A stretch of 59,724 bases of DNA, filler included. It is 3 parts of 3 records of this genome, joined end to end, with 100 filler letters (N's around TTAATTAATTAA, not from the genome) between each part and the next. Parts side by side here need not be neighbours in the genome. Positions count along the whole stretch, not along the records: positions 23,122 to 40,867 come from DRR723986_4143; positions 40,968 to 59,724 come from DRR723986_4150; 1 more part is not named here. The stretch is one strand, 5' to 3'. Below the pieces are notes generated by a model. That model saw only the letters and a program-made list of their open reading frames with translations. It searched no databases and was not told where the DNA came from. Position 1 is the first letter of the stretch, and the number at the start of each line of letters is the position of its first letter. Positions 35,969-46,549 of this stretch are shown here, in pieces. The translations under genes and the position numbers were made by a program.

Positions 35969-38563
35969 ATGAACATATCCAACACAGTCCTGCAGGTCGC
36001 TCTCGAACGGCCACGCAGCGTCGTTCTTGGCATGGTACTTCTCGTGCTCGGCCTGGGCGCGCTGATGCCCATGATCGAAATCGATACCGATCCTGAAAAC
36101 ATGTTGCCGCCGGATCAACCCGTGCGCATCTTCCATCATCAGGTCAAAAGTGACTTTGCACTCAGCGACTTCATCGTCGTCGGCATCGTCAATGAAGTCG
36201 GTGACGAGGGGATTTATACGCCCGCAGTCCTGGGACGCGTGCACGCGCTCACCGAACACATCCTGCAGATTGACGGCGTCATCCAGCGCGACGTCCTCTC
36301 ACTCTCCACGGTTGACGACATCCAGCCGGAAGCCCCCGGCACCGTCCGCTTCCAGTGGATGATGGACAAGCCCCCAGCCGATCAGGCCGCTGCACGTCAA
36401 ATCCGTGCCGCCGCCGAACGCAACCCCAGCCTCATGGGCACGCTCGTAAGTGAAGATGGCAAAGCCACCGCCATTTACGTTCCCATCCGCGCTAAAAACG
36501 AAAGCCATCGCATCGCCGGCGAAATCGAAGCCGCCTACGCCGAATATCTCAAGGCCGGCGGCAGCGAGGAATATCACATCACCGGCCTGCCAATTGCCGA
36601 AGATCGTTTCGGCGTCGAAATGTTTATCCAGATGGGCGTCGCCGCACCGATGGCCATGCTCCTCATCTTCATCCTGATGTGGTTCTTCTTCCGCAGCCTC
36701 AGCCTGATCACCGCTCCCATGATCCTCGCCATGGCGACCGTCATTGCAACCATGGGCGCGCTGATAGGATGCGGCTTTACCGTGCATATCATGAGTTCGA
36801 TGATTCCCATCTTCCTCATGCCGATTGCCGTGGTCGACTCCGTCCACATCCTCAGCGAATTTGCCGACTGTTACCCGCGATTTCAGGATCGCCGCCAAGC
36901 CATCAGCCATGTGGTGCGCCATCTGTTTACGCCGATGTTGTACACCTCGCTGACTTCCGCCGCCGGTTTTGCTTCGCTCGCCTTTGCGCCGATTCCTCCG
37001 GTACAGGTCTTCGGCGTTTTTGTAGCAATCGGCATCCTGCTCGCTTTTATCCTGACGGTCACTTTTGTGCCGGCTTATATCATGCTGCTCAGCGAAAAGC
37101 GGATTGCCAAGCTCGGCGCAACCACACAGGCTGAAGCGACCAACAACAGCCTTCTCTCGCGCATACTCAGAGCTGCCGGCGTATTCGCCGGGCAGCGGGC
37201 CAAATTCGTTCTGGCGGCTGCCGGCATCGTCGTTGTTATCTCAGTCTACGGCATCATGGACATCCAGATCAACGACAACCCTGTGCGCTGGTTCCGCCCC
37301 AGCCATCCCATCCGCGTTGCCGACCGCGTCCTGAACGAACATTTTGGCGGCACCTATGACGCCTATTTTGTGCTGCGCGACACCACAGCAGCAACAGACG
37401 CAGACCCGGCACAAGCTGTCGGCGACTACCTTGCGGGACTGCAGATCCCCGAAGCAGCAGAGATGCGCAGCACCTGGACACAAGCCGGCACTGCCACAAG
37501 CCAACTCCCCGCAAACGAACGTTTTGAAGCCCTGGTCAACACACTCCTGGACAATGCCGACGCCGCACCTTCAGACGCCGAGTACGAAGCCTGGCAGTCT
37601 GCACTCGACATACTCGAAGCCGACCAGGGTGGCGCCAAAAGCATGACCGATCCGGCAACACTCGCGTACATTGAGTCCGTCCAGGCCGCCCTGCTCAAGA
37701 CCGGCCAGGTAGGCAAAAGCAACTCCATTGCCGACATCATCAAAACTGTTAACCGCGAACTACATGAGCGCGACGCGCAGTATTTTGCCGTCCCGCAATC
37801 GCAGGCTGCCGTCGCTCAGGTCCTGCTGACCTACGAAGGTTCACACCGGCCGCACGACCTCTGGCACTTCATCCGCCCGGACTACGGCGCGGCCAACATC
37901 TGGGTCCAGCTCAAAAGTGGCGATAACCAGGACATGCAGGCGGTCATCGACCAGATGCAGACTTTTGTGGCGCAAAATCCGCCGCCGCCCGGCATACAGG
38001 TGGACTGGGCCGGCCTGACCTATATCAATGTCGTCTGGCAGGGAGAAATGGTCAGCGGCATGCGCGATGCTTTGCTCGGCAGTTTTGTCATCGTGTTTGT
38101 GATGATGCTCCTGCTCTTCCGCTCGTTCTGGTTTGGCCTGCTGGCGATGCTGCCGCTCTCAATTACGATCGCATTTGTCTACGGCATGATCGGATTGATG
38201 GGGCGTGACTACGACATGCCGATTGCGGTTCTGAGCTCATTGACTTTGGGGCTTTCGGTTGACTTCGCAATCCACTTTCTGCAGCGCTGCCGCGCAATCT
38301 ATCGCGAAGTCCAGGACTGGCAGAAAACACTCGACATGCTTTTTGCCGAACCGGCGCGTGCAATTACACGCAACGCTATTATTATCGCGCTTGGGTTTCT
38401 GCCCTTGCTGCTCTCGCCGCTGGTGCCTTACAACACTGTCGGCATGTTCCTGGCCATGATCATGGCCGTCTCCTGCATCGTGACTCTCATACTTCTGCCG
38501 TCCATAATCCAGCTGATTCGCAGGCTGGTATTTTCAGGCGTTAAAAAGGAAACACAGGCATGA
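35969..38563 (+). CDS. MMPL/RND-family transporter
   Basis: Two RND repeats with large periplasmic loops; IAVVDSVH, TSLTSAAGF, GLSVDFAIHF. Confidence 0.92.
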   Translation: MNISNTVLQVALERPRSVVLGMVLLVLGLGALMPMIEIDTDPENMLPPDQPVRIFHHQVKSDFALSDFIVVGIVNEVGDEGIYTPAVLGRVHALTEHILQIDGVIQRDVLSLSTVDDIQPEAPGTVRFQWMMDKPPADQAAARQIRAAAERNPSLMGTLVSEDGKATAIYVPIRAKNESHRIAGEIEAAYAEYLKAGGSEEYHITGLPIAEDRFGVEMFIQMGVAAPMAMLLIFILMWFFFRSLSLITAPMILAMATVIATMGALIGCGFTVHIMSSMIPIFLMPIAVVDSVHILSEFADCYPRFQDRRQAISHVVRHLFTPMLYTSLTSAAGFASLAFAPIPPVQVFGVFVAIGILLAFILTVTFVPAYIMLLSEKRIAKLGATTQAEATNNSLLSRILRAAGVFAGQRAKFVLAAAGIVVVISVYGIMDIQINDNPVRWFRPSHPIRVADRVLNEHFGGTYDAYFVLRDTTAATDADPAQAVGDYLAGLQIPEAAEMRSTWTQAGTATSQLPANERFEALVNTLLDNADAAPSDAEYEAWQSALDILEADQGGAKSMTDPATLAYIESVQAALLKTGQVGKSNSIADIIKTVNRELHERDAQYFAVPQSQAAVAQVLLTYEGSHRPHDLWHFIRPDYGAANIWVQLKSGDNQDMQAVIDQMQTFVAQNPPPPGIQVDWAGLTYINVVWQGEMVSGMRDALLGSFVIVFVMMLLLFRSFWFGLLAMLPLSITIAFVYGMIGLMGRDYDMPIAVLSSLTLGLSVDFAIHFLQRCRAIYREVQDWQKTLDMLFAEPARAITRNAIIIALGFLPLLLSPLVPYNTVGMFLAMIMAVSCIVTLILLPSIIQLIRRLVFSGVKKETQA

Positions 38564-39396
38564 ATACATTCAAACTCTACTGCCGACGGGCACGTGTCCT
38601 GACGGCTGTGATCTCTACCATCGTTGGTTTGACACTTGCGGCACAGCCGATGCCGGCGCAGACAGATGCCGATGAAATCGTGCGCAAAGCCAATATCGCG
38701 GCCTATTACGCCGGTGCCGACGGACGCTCGGCCGTCCGCCTGACAATTGTCGATCCCGCCGGCAACAAACGCTACCGTCAGTTCAGCATCGTGCGCCGCG
38801 ATGTAAGCGATGCCGGCGACCAAATGTACCTTGTGCATTTCAGCCGCCCCGCCGATGTGCGCAACACAGTGTTCCTGGTCAAAAAGAAAGCCGAGGGTGA
38901 CGATGACCGCTGGCTCTACCTTCCCGACCTGGACCTCGTTAAACGCATCTCCGCCGGCGACAAACGCACGAGTTTTGTGGGTTCACACTTTTTGTACGAA
39001 GACATCTCCGGCAGACGCGTCAGCGATGACGTGCACACTCTCGCCGAAACCACGGATCAGCACTTTGTGGTTAACAACGTGCCCAAAGACAAATCCGCTG
39101 TCGAATTTAACACCTGGAAAGTCTGGGTCGATAAAAACAGCTACCTGCCAACTAAAATGGAGTACTACGACGAAGCCGGCAAAGTCATACGTCGCATCGA
39201 AGCCGTCGAAATTAAAGATGTGGCGGACCACCCTACCGTCATTAAAATGAAAGTCTCGGATCTCCAGAACGGCGGTTACACACTCGCCGAACTGCGCAAC
39301 GTAGCCTATGACATCAAAGTACCCGAATCTGTATTTACAGAGAAGTCACTGCGCAATCCCCCAATGAAAATTCTTACAGGACGCGGCGGCAGATGA
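38560..39396 (+). CDS. Outer-membrane lipoprotein-sorting (LolA-like) protein
   Basis: Signal peptide; F..PADVR, DDRWLYLP, VKRI, SFVGSHFLYED; ATGA-coupled to MMPL. Confidence 0.85.
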   Translation: MNTFKLYCRRARVLTAVISTIVGLTLAAQPMPAQTDADEIVRKANIAAYYAGADGRSAVRLTIVDPAGNKRYRQFSIVRRDVSDAGDQMYLVHFSRPADVRNTVFLVKKKAEGDDDRWLYLPDLDLVKRISAGDKRTSFVGSHFLYEDISGRRVSDDVHTLAETTDQHFVVNNVPKDKSAVEFNTWKVWVDKNSYLPTKMEYYDEAGKVIRRIEAVEIKDVADHPTVIKMKVSDLQNGGYTLAELRNVAYDIKVPESVFTEKSLRNPPMKILTGRGGR

Positions 39397-40733
39397 TCCG
39401 GCAACTTGTTAACATAATCGCCCTGCTGTTTCTGAGCGCAACTCTGTTAAACGCCCAAGATACCGGCAATGGCGCCAGCGATGGTGACTCAGGAGATAGC
39501 TGGGATGACGGTGACGATTGGGGCGATGACGACTGGGAGGACGACATCACGCTGCCTGAGCTACATGGCTTTGCCGAACTCGCTGCCGCCACGCGTTTCA
39601 ACACCGGCCCCGCAGCAAATGACGAGTTGTTGTTAACAGAGGCACGCTTCCGCCTCGACATCAGCCATGCCGGCGATGTAGCCGACTTACTTGTCAAGGC
39701 CGACTTCATTGCCGACGACGTGACCGGACGCAGCCGTTTTGACCTGCGTCAGGCCTATGTTAACATCCGCGCGGCCGACTGGCTTGACATTCGCGCCGGA
39801 CGCCAAATATTAACCTGGGGCACCGGCGATTTCGTTTTCCTCAACGATCTTTTCCCCAAAGACTTCGTCTCCTTTTTTGCCGGACGCGACGATGAATTTC
39901 TCAAGGCGCCATCTACGGCCGTCAAATTCGCACTGTATAGTGAGTTCGTCAAGCTGGATCTTATCTGGACACCTGTTTTTGCTCCTGACCGTTTTATCAG
40001 CGGCGAGCGTTTAACATTTTTCAGCCCTGGCGGCGGCACAATTGTTGGCCCGGCAGTCCTCGAAGCAGCGGTTGACCCGGTCGAACCGGATCGTTCTCTT
40101 AAGAACGGCGAATTTGCCGCACGCATTTACCAGTCAATTGGCAGCGCCGAGATTTCGCTCTACGGCTCGGCGGGTTTTATTAAACAACCACAGGCTTTTA
40201 ACACTGACCTGGGCCTGCCGACGTATTCAGCACTTAACACTTTTGGCGCAAGCATTCGCACTCCACTGCTGGGCGGACTAGCCAACGCCGAAGCCGCATA
40301 TTATCACTCAGCTGACGACGCTGACGGCGACGACCCGTTTGTTCCAAATTCACAGCTACGTATTTTGGCGGGTTTTGAACATGAAATCATTGCCAACTTA
40401 ACGGGTTCCGCGCAATATTACCTGGAACAGACTCAAGACTACGACTTATTGATTCTTAACTCTCCGGCAGCTCAGTTTGAGCCGGAGGAAAACCGGCAAT
40501 GGTTAACCGCGCGTTTAACACTCAACACTCTCCAGCAAACGTTACGCCTGGGAGTTTTCACGATCTACTCTTTGGAGGGTAGCGCCCACATCCGCGCTTC
40601 GGCCCATTACCAGTGGAGCGACGCTCTTAGTGTTAACATTGGCGCATTAGTTATGGACGGCACGGACGCCCAGTTTTTTGGCGGCTTACGACACAACTCC
40701 AATGTCTATGCGCGCGTACGTTACGGTTTTTGA
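39393..40733 (+). CDS. Outer-membrane beta-barrel protein (DUF1302-like)
   Basis: Signal peptide, acidic D/W linker, LRQAY, RAGRQILTWG, C-terminal YARVRYGF beta-signal. Confidence 0.7.
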   Translation: MIRQLVNIIALLFLSATLLNAQDTGNGASDGDSGDSWDDGDDWGDDDWEDDITLPELHGFAELAAATRFNTGPAANDELLLTEARFRLDISHAGDVADLLVKADFIADDVTGRSRFDLRQAYVNIRAADWLDIRAGRQILTWGTGDFVFLNDLFPKDFVSFFAGRDDEFLKAPSTAVKFALYSEFVKLDLIWTPVFAPDRFISGERLTFFSPGGGTIVGPAVLEAAVDPVEPDRSLKNGEFAARIYQSIGSAEISLYGSAGFIKQPQAFNTDLGLPTYSALNTFGASIRTPLLGGLANAEAAYYHSADDADGDDPFVPNSQLRILAGFEHEIIANLTGSAQYYLEQTQDYDLLILNSPAAQFEPEENRQWLTARLTLNTLQQTLRLGVFTIYSLEGSAHIRASAHYQWSDALSVNIGALVMDGTDAQFFGGLRHNSNVYARVRYGF

Positions 40734-40800
40734 TTAGATTTCTCCCCGGCTTCCAGGGGCGGGCCTGCATCAGTCTAGTGGCCACCTCACACTGCATTTC

Positions 40801-40867
40801 TGAGCGCTTTGAGCCCGCCATTCCAGCTGCGCTTCCATTTTGGTCTCAGGCTTTTTTGAGCTTTTTG
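40801..40867 (+). repeat. Intergenic repeat arm, copy at contig end
   Basis: TGAGCGCTTTGAGC-(variable)-TTTGGTCTCAGGCTTTTTTGAGCTTTTTG; inverted relative to 23122-23186. Confidence 0.8.
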
Positions 40868-40967
40868 NNNNNNNNNNNNNNNNNNNNNNNNNNNNNNNNN
40901 NNNNNNNNNNNTTAATTAATTAANNNNNNNNNNNNNNNNNNNNNNNNNNNNNNNNNNNNNNNNNNNN
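40868..40967. other. Artificial contig spacer
   Basis: 44 N + TTAATTAATTAA + 44 N. Confidence 0.99.
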
Positions 40968-41306
40968 ATAGAGATCGGAATAGATGGCCGTCAGATAAGA
41001 TTGCGACCGCAGGCGCGCAATTTTGCGCGGCACGGCAAAAACCGAATGCGCCACCTGACAGGTGACCATATTCACCTCGTCGGAATGGGTGGCGGCAATA
41101 ATCATATCGGCATCGCGCGCGCCGGCCTGATCTAAAACATCTGGATAGCTGGCAAAGCCGGTAATGCCCTGCACATCCAGCGCATCTGTGGCGCGCCGGA
41201 TCAGATCGGCATTATTATCTACCACCGTGACGTCGTTGCGTTCGCCCGACAGGTGGCGTGCAATTTGCCAGCCCACTTGCCCTGCCCCGCAGATGATCAC
41301 CTTCAT
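40968..41306 (-). CDS. trkA: Trk potassium uptake NAD-binding subunit (5' part, cut by contig end)
   Basis: MKVIICGAGQVG, AATHSDEVNMVTCQVA, KIARLR. Confidence 0.95.
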
Positions 41307-41399
41307 CGGTTTAATCCCGTTATTTCAGGGCCGTTGGATGGCAGATCGCCAGCTTTCGGTCAAATAAAATATGGCCCGCGCCGGGGTCTTGGCCGGGGC

Positions 41400-42803
41400 T
41401 TAGCCTGCGTCCTCGTCCAGTTCGGCCACGCGCCCGCTGGCCTTGGCATGGGTGACAACCCCAAGCGATTTCAGCTTGCGGTGCAAGGCGCTGCGTTCCA
41501 TGCCCACGAAATGCGCGGTGCGGCTGATATTGCCGCCAAAGCGGTTGATTTGCGCCAAAAGATATTCGCGCTCGAATGCTTCGCGGGCTTCGCGCAGCGG
41601 CAGGCTGGCCAAGGCCGGGGGCATGGCCAGGCGCCCCTCGTCTTCGGCGCTGGGGCTGTCGCTGGGCAATTCCCCCACCTCGATGGGCCCCGCACCATCG
41701 CCCAAAATCAACACCCGTTCGACCAGGTTTTTCAGCTGCCGCACATTGCCGGGCCAGGGCAAGGTTTGCAGCAACGCCACCGCCTCGCCTGAGATATCGC
41801 GCAAGGGCAGCCCCTGGGTGCGGTGGAACATGGCAATGAAATGGGCCACCAATTCGGGAATATCCTCGCGCCGCTCTTCCAGGCTGGGCACCGCGATGGG
41901 CACCACATTCAGGCGGTGAAACAGCTCTTGGCGAAACCGGCCGGCGGCAATTTCCGCCTCGAGATTGCGGTTGGTCGACGAGATCACGCGGATATCGACG
42001 CGCACCTTGTCGCTGCCCCCCAAACGGGTGAATTGCTGATCCACCAAAACCCGCAAGATTTTCGACTGGGTGCCAATGGGCATATCGGCCACTTCGTCGA
42101 AATAGATCACCCCGCCATGGGCCTGCTCTAACAGCCCCTGTTCGATGCCACGTTCCGCCCCCTCGCGGCCAAACAGCACCTCTTCCATCCGCTCGGCCTC
42201 GATCGAGGCGCAGCCAACCACTACAAAAGGCCCGCCCGCACGGTTGGATTTGGCATGAATATAGCGCGCCGCCAGCTCTTTGCCGGCGCCGGCCGGGCCC
42301 GTCAGCATCACGCGGCCATTTGATTTTGTAACCTTATCCAGCTGCGACAACAGCGCGCGAAACGCGGCCGAAATGCCCACCATCTCGCCGCCTGGGCTGT
42401 CTTTGCGCCGCAGGGCAGAATTTTCGCGCCGCAGCCGCGATGTTTCCATCGCCCGTCGAATAACGACCAGTAACTGATCGATATTAAAGGGTTTTTCGAT
42501 AAAGTCATAGGCGCCCTGCTTGATCGCAGCGACCGCGATTTCGATATTGCCATGACCCGAAATGATGATGATCGGAATGCCGGGATTATCGCGCTTGACC
42601 GTTTTCAAAATATCGATCCCATCCATCCGGCTGTCTTTCAGCCAGATATCCAGCACCATCAGCGCCGGCGGATCCTGGTTGATCGTCTCCATCGCCTCGT
42701 CGGAATTTCCTGCAAGCGCAGTGCTATAGCCCTCGTCTTGCAGAATATCCGAGATCAGCTCGCGAATGTCGCGTTCGTCGTCAACGATCAAAATATCACT
42801 CAT
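41400..42803 (-). CDS. ntrX: Response regulator NtrX
   Basis: REC (ILIVDDE, LDIWL), AAA+, Fis-HTH (VGMERSALHRKLK); follows ntrY. Confidence 0.93.
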   Translation of the reverse strand: MSDILIVDDERDIRELISDILQDEGYSTALAGNSDEAMETINQDPPALMVLDIWLKDSRMDGIDILKTVKRDNPGIPIIIISGHGNIEIAVAAIKQGAYDFIEKPFNIDQLLVVIRRAMETSRLRRENSALRRKDSPGGEMVGISAAFRALLSQLDKVTKSNGRVMLTGPAGAGKELAARYIHAKSNRAGGPFVVVGCASIEAERMEEVLFGREGAERGIEQGLLEQAHGGVIYFDEVADMPIGTQSKILRVLVDQQFTRLGGSDKVRVDIRVISSTNRNLEAEIAAGRFRQELFHRLNVVPIAVPSLEERREDIPELVAHFIAMFHRTQGLPLRDISGEAVALLQTLPWPGNVRQLKNLVERVLILGDGAGPIEVGELPSDSPSAEDEGRLAMPPALASLPLREAREAFEREYLLAQINRFGGNISRTAHFVGMERSALHRKLKSLGVVTHAKASGRVAELDEDAG

Positions 42804-45069
42804 CTTGTCCTCTTTGGGTAGGCGCATCGTTTGTGGCATCTAGCGTGGCCAAGGGCAGCAAAATCACCGCCATGGCCCCCTGATGACCATCTGGCGCAAA
42901 GGCTGGCGCAGTTTCCAGATCCAGCCTACCGCCATGTTCTTCAATAATTTTCTTCACAATGGGCAAGCCCAAACCAGTGCCCTCGGCGCGCGAGGTTACA
43001 TAGGGCTCGAACAGGCGCGCGCGGTCTTCGGGAAGGCCAATGCCATTATCCATGATCTCGATCATGGCCTGCCCATCGCCCTGTGTCACCCGCAGGCGAA
43101 TGGCCCCTTGAAACCCGTCGGGAACACCAGATTTAACCCTGCTTTCAATAGCTTCTCCGGCGTTCTTAATCAGATTTGTCAACGCCTGGCCAATCATCGT
43201 GTCGTCAAGTTGGGCCATCAAGGCATCATCGGGCAGTTCGAGCGTGATATCGACATCGGGCTGGCCCGCGCGCTGCAACACCACGGCATCGCGCACCAAT
43301 GCGGCCAGGCTGTGGCTGCGCCTGTCGGGTTCAGGCATGCGGGCGAATTTAGAAAACTCATCAACAATGCGCCGCAAGTCATTGGTTTGGCGCACAATTA
43401 CCTCGGTTAATTGCTGCAGGCTGTCGGCATTTTCCGCATCAAGCTGCGCACCAAATTTGCGCCGGATCCGTTCTGCCGACAGCTGAATGGGCGTCAGCGG
43501 GTTTTTGATTTCATGAGCAATGCGCCGCGCCACATCGCCCCAGGCCGCCATGCGCTGGGCCGCAACCAGATTGGTCACATCATCAAAGGCCACCACATAG
43601 CCCTCGAGCGTGCCATCATGGCGGCGCCGCTTGGCCATGCGCACCAGCAAATTTTCCAAGCGTCCATTGCGGGTTACGCGCACTTCTTCTTGCAGGGTTT
43701 CATTCGGGCCATTTTGCACCCTGTCAAACACCGGCGCAAATTCAGGAACCGCCACAGACAGAGCCAGCGATGTTTGCTCTTCGTGCCAATCCAGCAACCG
43801 CTCGGCCGAGCGGTTTACAAAGGCCACGCGCCCAGCATCATCTACCCCAACCACACCCGATGTGACCGAGGCCAAAACAGAATCGAACAACCGCCTGCGC
43901 CGTTCGATCTGGCGGGTATTATCCAGCAGCGCCTCGCGCTGGCCCTTCAATTGCCGCGTCATCTGGTTAAAATACTGGCTGAGCATGGCAATCTCGTCAT
44001 CGCCCTCTTCCTCGATCACCTGCACATCCAGATCGCCCGCGCCCACCTGTTGCGCAGCCCCCGCCAAACGCCCCACGGGGCGGCTGAGACGCTCGGCAAA
44101 CCACAGGCCCAGCAGCACAGCCGCCAAGATCAAAAGCACCGCAAAGCCCAGATAAAGCAGCGCAAAATCCGCCAGGCGGCGGCCACGCTCGCTTTCTTGT
44201 TGCTGATAAAACCGCGCGGTTTCTTGGGTTTCATCCAAAAGCGCCAGCAAATCGCCATCGACCGTGCGGCTGATATACAAAAACCGCTCGCCCAGGCCGC
44301 GCAGCTTAACCAAGGCGCGATATTCATCATTTGGCCAATCGCTGATCAACGCCATGCCCTGGCCGCGCGCGGCATCAAAATCGCCGGGCGTTGGCACCTC
44401 GAGGTCAAATAAATACGATCGCGCGCCCCGGGCGCGGATATTGCCCGCGCCATCCAGCACAAAGGCCTCTTTCAGGCCGCGCTGGATTAGCCCCTGCCCT
44501 TCGGTTAGCACAAGGCGCAGATCGCCGTCTTCGTTGATGGGAATATCGCGGTGGCGGTCTTGGATAAAGCCTGCCAGCAGGCCGGCATCTTCGCGCAGAT
44601 CTTTGCTTTGTTCTGCCTCATAAGATTGCGCCGCTGCCAATGATGCCCCAACAACGCTTTGAACACGCTTGGAAAACCACGTTTCAAGGCCAATATTGAT
44701 GGTCAGCATCGCAAACACGGCCACCGTGACGGTGGGCAAAAACGCCATCAAGGCAAACACCCCGGTAAGCCGCAAATGCAGGCGTGACCCGGCCGATTGC
44801 TGACGGCGTTGCGCCAAAATGGTCAGCACCCGCTGCAGCACCAACGCCGCCAACAGCAACACATAGACCAGATCAGCCAGCAAAACCAACCGCAGCGCCA
44901 TAGAGGTGCCGCCCTGGCCCAATGGGCCCAGCACCAAAAACGTGGCCAAGGCCAACAGCGGCCCCAAAACCACCAGCCCCAAAGTGGCCACGTTTTGATA
45001 TCTACGCTGGCGACGCAGGCGCAAAAGCCGCTCCCATGCGTTGCTTTTATAGCGTGCCTTTAAGGCCAC
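42796..45069 (-). CDS. ntrY: Sensor histidine kinase NtrY
   Basis: TM segments, [40 protein letters not shown]. Confidence 0.93.
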   Translation of the reverse strand: MALKARYKSNAWERLLRLRRQRRYQNVATLGLVVLGPLLALATFLVLGPLGQGGTSMALRLVLLADLVYVLLLAALVLQRVLTILAQRRQQSAGSRLHLRLTGVFALMAFLPTVTVAVFAMLTINIGLETWFSKRVQSVVGASLAAAQSYEAEQSKDLREDAGLLAGFIQDRHRDIPINEDGDLRLVLTEGQGLIQRGLKEAFVLDGAGNIRARGARSYLFDLEVPTPGDFDAARGQGMALISDWPNDEYRALVKLRGLGERFLYISRTVDGDLLALLDETQETARFYQQQESERGRRLADFALLYLGFAVLLILAAVLLGLWFAERLSRPVGRLAGAAQQVGAGDLDVQVIEEEGDDEIAMLSQYFNQMTRQLKGQREALLDNTRQIERRRRLFDSVLASVTSGVVGVDDAGRVAFVNRSAERLLDWHEEQTSLALSVAVPEFAPVFDRVQNGPNETLQEEVRVTRNGRLENLLVRMAKRRRHDGTLEGYVVAFDDVTNLVAAQRMAAWGDVARRIAHEIKNPLTPIQLSAERIRRKFGAQLDAENADSLQQLTEVIVRQTNDLRRIVDEFSKFARMPEPDRRSHSLAALVRDAVVLQRAGQPDVDITLELPDDALMAQLDDTMIGQALTNLIKNAGEAIESRVKSGVPDGFQGAIRLRVTQGDGQAMIEIMDNGIGLPEDRARLFEPYVTSRAEGTGLGLPIVKKIIEEHGGRLDLETAPAFAPDGHQGAMAVILLPLATLDATNDAPTQRGQDE

Positions 45070-45167
45070 TCAGCCCCCCCAGCTTTTGGTGGGCTTGTGC
45101 ACCCAACCACAACATTTGGCGGCATATTACGGGGGCTGCGCCCCAATTGCCACATAATGTTGCGATT

Positions 45168-46547
45168 TTACATCAATTTGCGCCGCCGTGTCACGGAGAT
45201 ATCCAGCTCGGTGATTTTCTTACGCAGCGTATTGCGGTTGATCCCCAACAGATCGGCGCATTTGGCCTGATTTCCCCCCGTGGCCTCAAGTGCAATTTCG
45301 ATCAGCGGCGTTTCAACCTCTTTCAAGATACGCCCATGCAGCCCCGGCGGTGGCAACATATTTCCGTGCAGATCGAAATAGCGCCGCAAATGCCGCGCCA
45401 CGCTGGCCGATAGGTTATCGGCATCGCTGATACCGCCGCTCAGCACCGGTTCCATCTCGGGCTGGCTGCCCAGCACCATTTCCACCTCGGGGCGGCTGAT
45501 TTCTTCGGCGCGGCTGGTCAGCACAAGGCGGCGAATGGCGTTTTCTAGCTGGCGCACATTGCCAGGCCAGCTGTAGACGCGCATCAATTCCAGCGTATCG
45601 CGCGACAGGCGGCGGCGCACGCCGGTGTCACGCTCGGCCCGGCCCAGAAAATGCTCGGCCAAGAGCGAGATATCATCCACCCTTTCGCGCAGCGCCGGCA
45701 CATCCAGCGTGGCCCCGCCGATACGGTAATATAAATCTTGCCGCATCCGGCCCTTTTCCATCGCTGTGCTCAGGTTTACCTGGCTGGTGGCCATGAAACG
45801 CGGCACATGTTCGCCGGGGTTGTCCATCATCCGCACGATCCGCGCCTGCGCTTCGGCGTCCAGATCGCCGATTTCATCAAACAACAGCGTGCCCCCCCTG
45901 ACCCGCGCCAACACCCGCGCGGGCCCCTCTAATTCAGACAGATCTGCCGCAGACACGGTGACAAAAGGCAAGGTGCGCCGATCTGAAAAATCGTGGATCG
46001 CGCGCGCAATCAGCGATTTTCCGGTGCCAGATTCGCCCGAAATCAACACCGGCAAATCGGTGTTCATCACCCGCGCCACAATACGGTAAAGCGCCTGCAT
46101 CCCCGGCGTGCGCCCCACCAAGGGCAGATCTTCCGGGCGCTCGGCCTCGGCCGGTTCGGGGCTGCGCTGTGGCACAGCGCGCCGCCGCGCATCCAGCGCC
46201 CGCGCGGTGCGCTTCATCAAATCGGGCAGATCAAACGGCTTGGGCAGATAATCATAAGCCTCGGCCTCGGCCGCCTGAATGGCGGTCATGATGGTGTTTT
46301 GCGCCGAAATCACGATCACCGGCAAACCCGGGCGATCTTGGGCGATTTTGGGCAACATTTCCAGCCCATTGCCATCGGGCATCATCACATCCGAGATCAC
46401 CACATCGCCCTTGCCCTCGCCCACCCAGCGCATCAAGGTGGTCAACGAACTGGTCGCGTGCACCTTGCAGCCCGCACGCGTCAGCGCCTGGGTTAAAACC
46501 GTGCGAATGGTGCGGTCGTCATCTGCAACCAGAACAGTGCCATCCAT
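45168..46547 (-). CDS. ntrC: Nitrogen regulator NtrC (GAFTGA-less, Rhodobacter type)
   Basis: [45 protein letters not shown]. Confidence 0.95.
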   Translation of the reverse strand: MDGTVLVADDDRTIRTVLTQALTRAGCKVHATSSLTTLMRWVGEGKGDVVISDVMMPDGNGLEMLPKIAQDRPGLPVIVISAQNTIMTAIQAAEAEAYDYLPKPFDLPDLMKRTARALDARRRAVPQRSPEPAEAERPEDLPLVGRTPGMQALYRIVARVMNTDLPVLISGESGTGKSLIARAIHDFSDRRTLPFVTVSAADLSELEGPARVLARVRGGTLLFDEIGDLDAEAQARIVRMMDNPGEHVPRFMATSQVNLSTAMEKGRMRQDLYYRIGGATLDVPALRERVDDISLLAEHFLGRAERDTGVRRRLSRDTLELMRVYSWPGNVRQLENAIRRLVLTSRAEEISRPEVEMVLGSQPEMEPVLSGGISDADNLSASVARHLRRYFDLHGNMLPPPGLHGRILKEVETPLIEIALEATGGNQAKCADLLGINRNTLRKKITELDISVTRRRKLM

Positions 46548-46549
46548 CG

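Noticed and set aside
23122-40867. Whole contig 2 as a transposon bounded by terminal inverted repeats
   Set aside because: Contents are housekeeping genes, there is no transposase, and a third internal copy exists; assembly breakage at a dispersed repeat explains it better
22953-41306. Truncated tRNA-Leu and trkA as pseudogenes
   Set aside because: Both truncations coincide with contig ends
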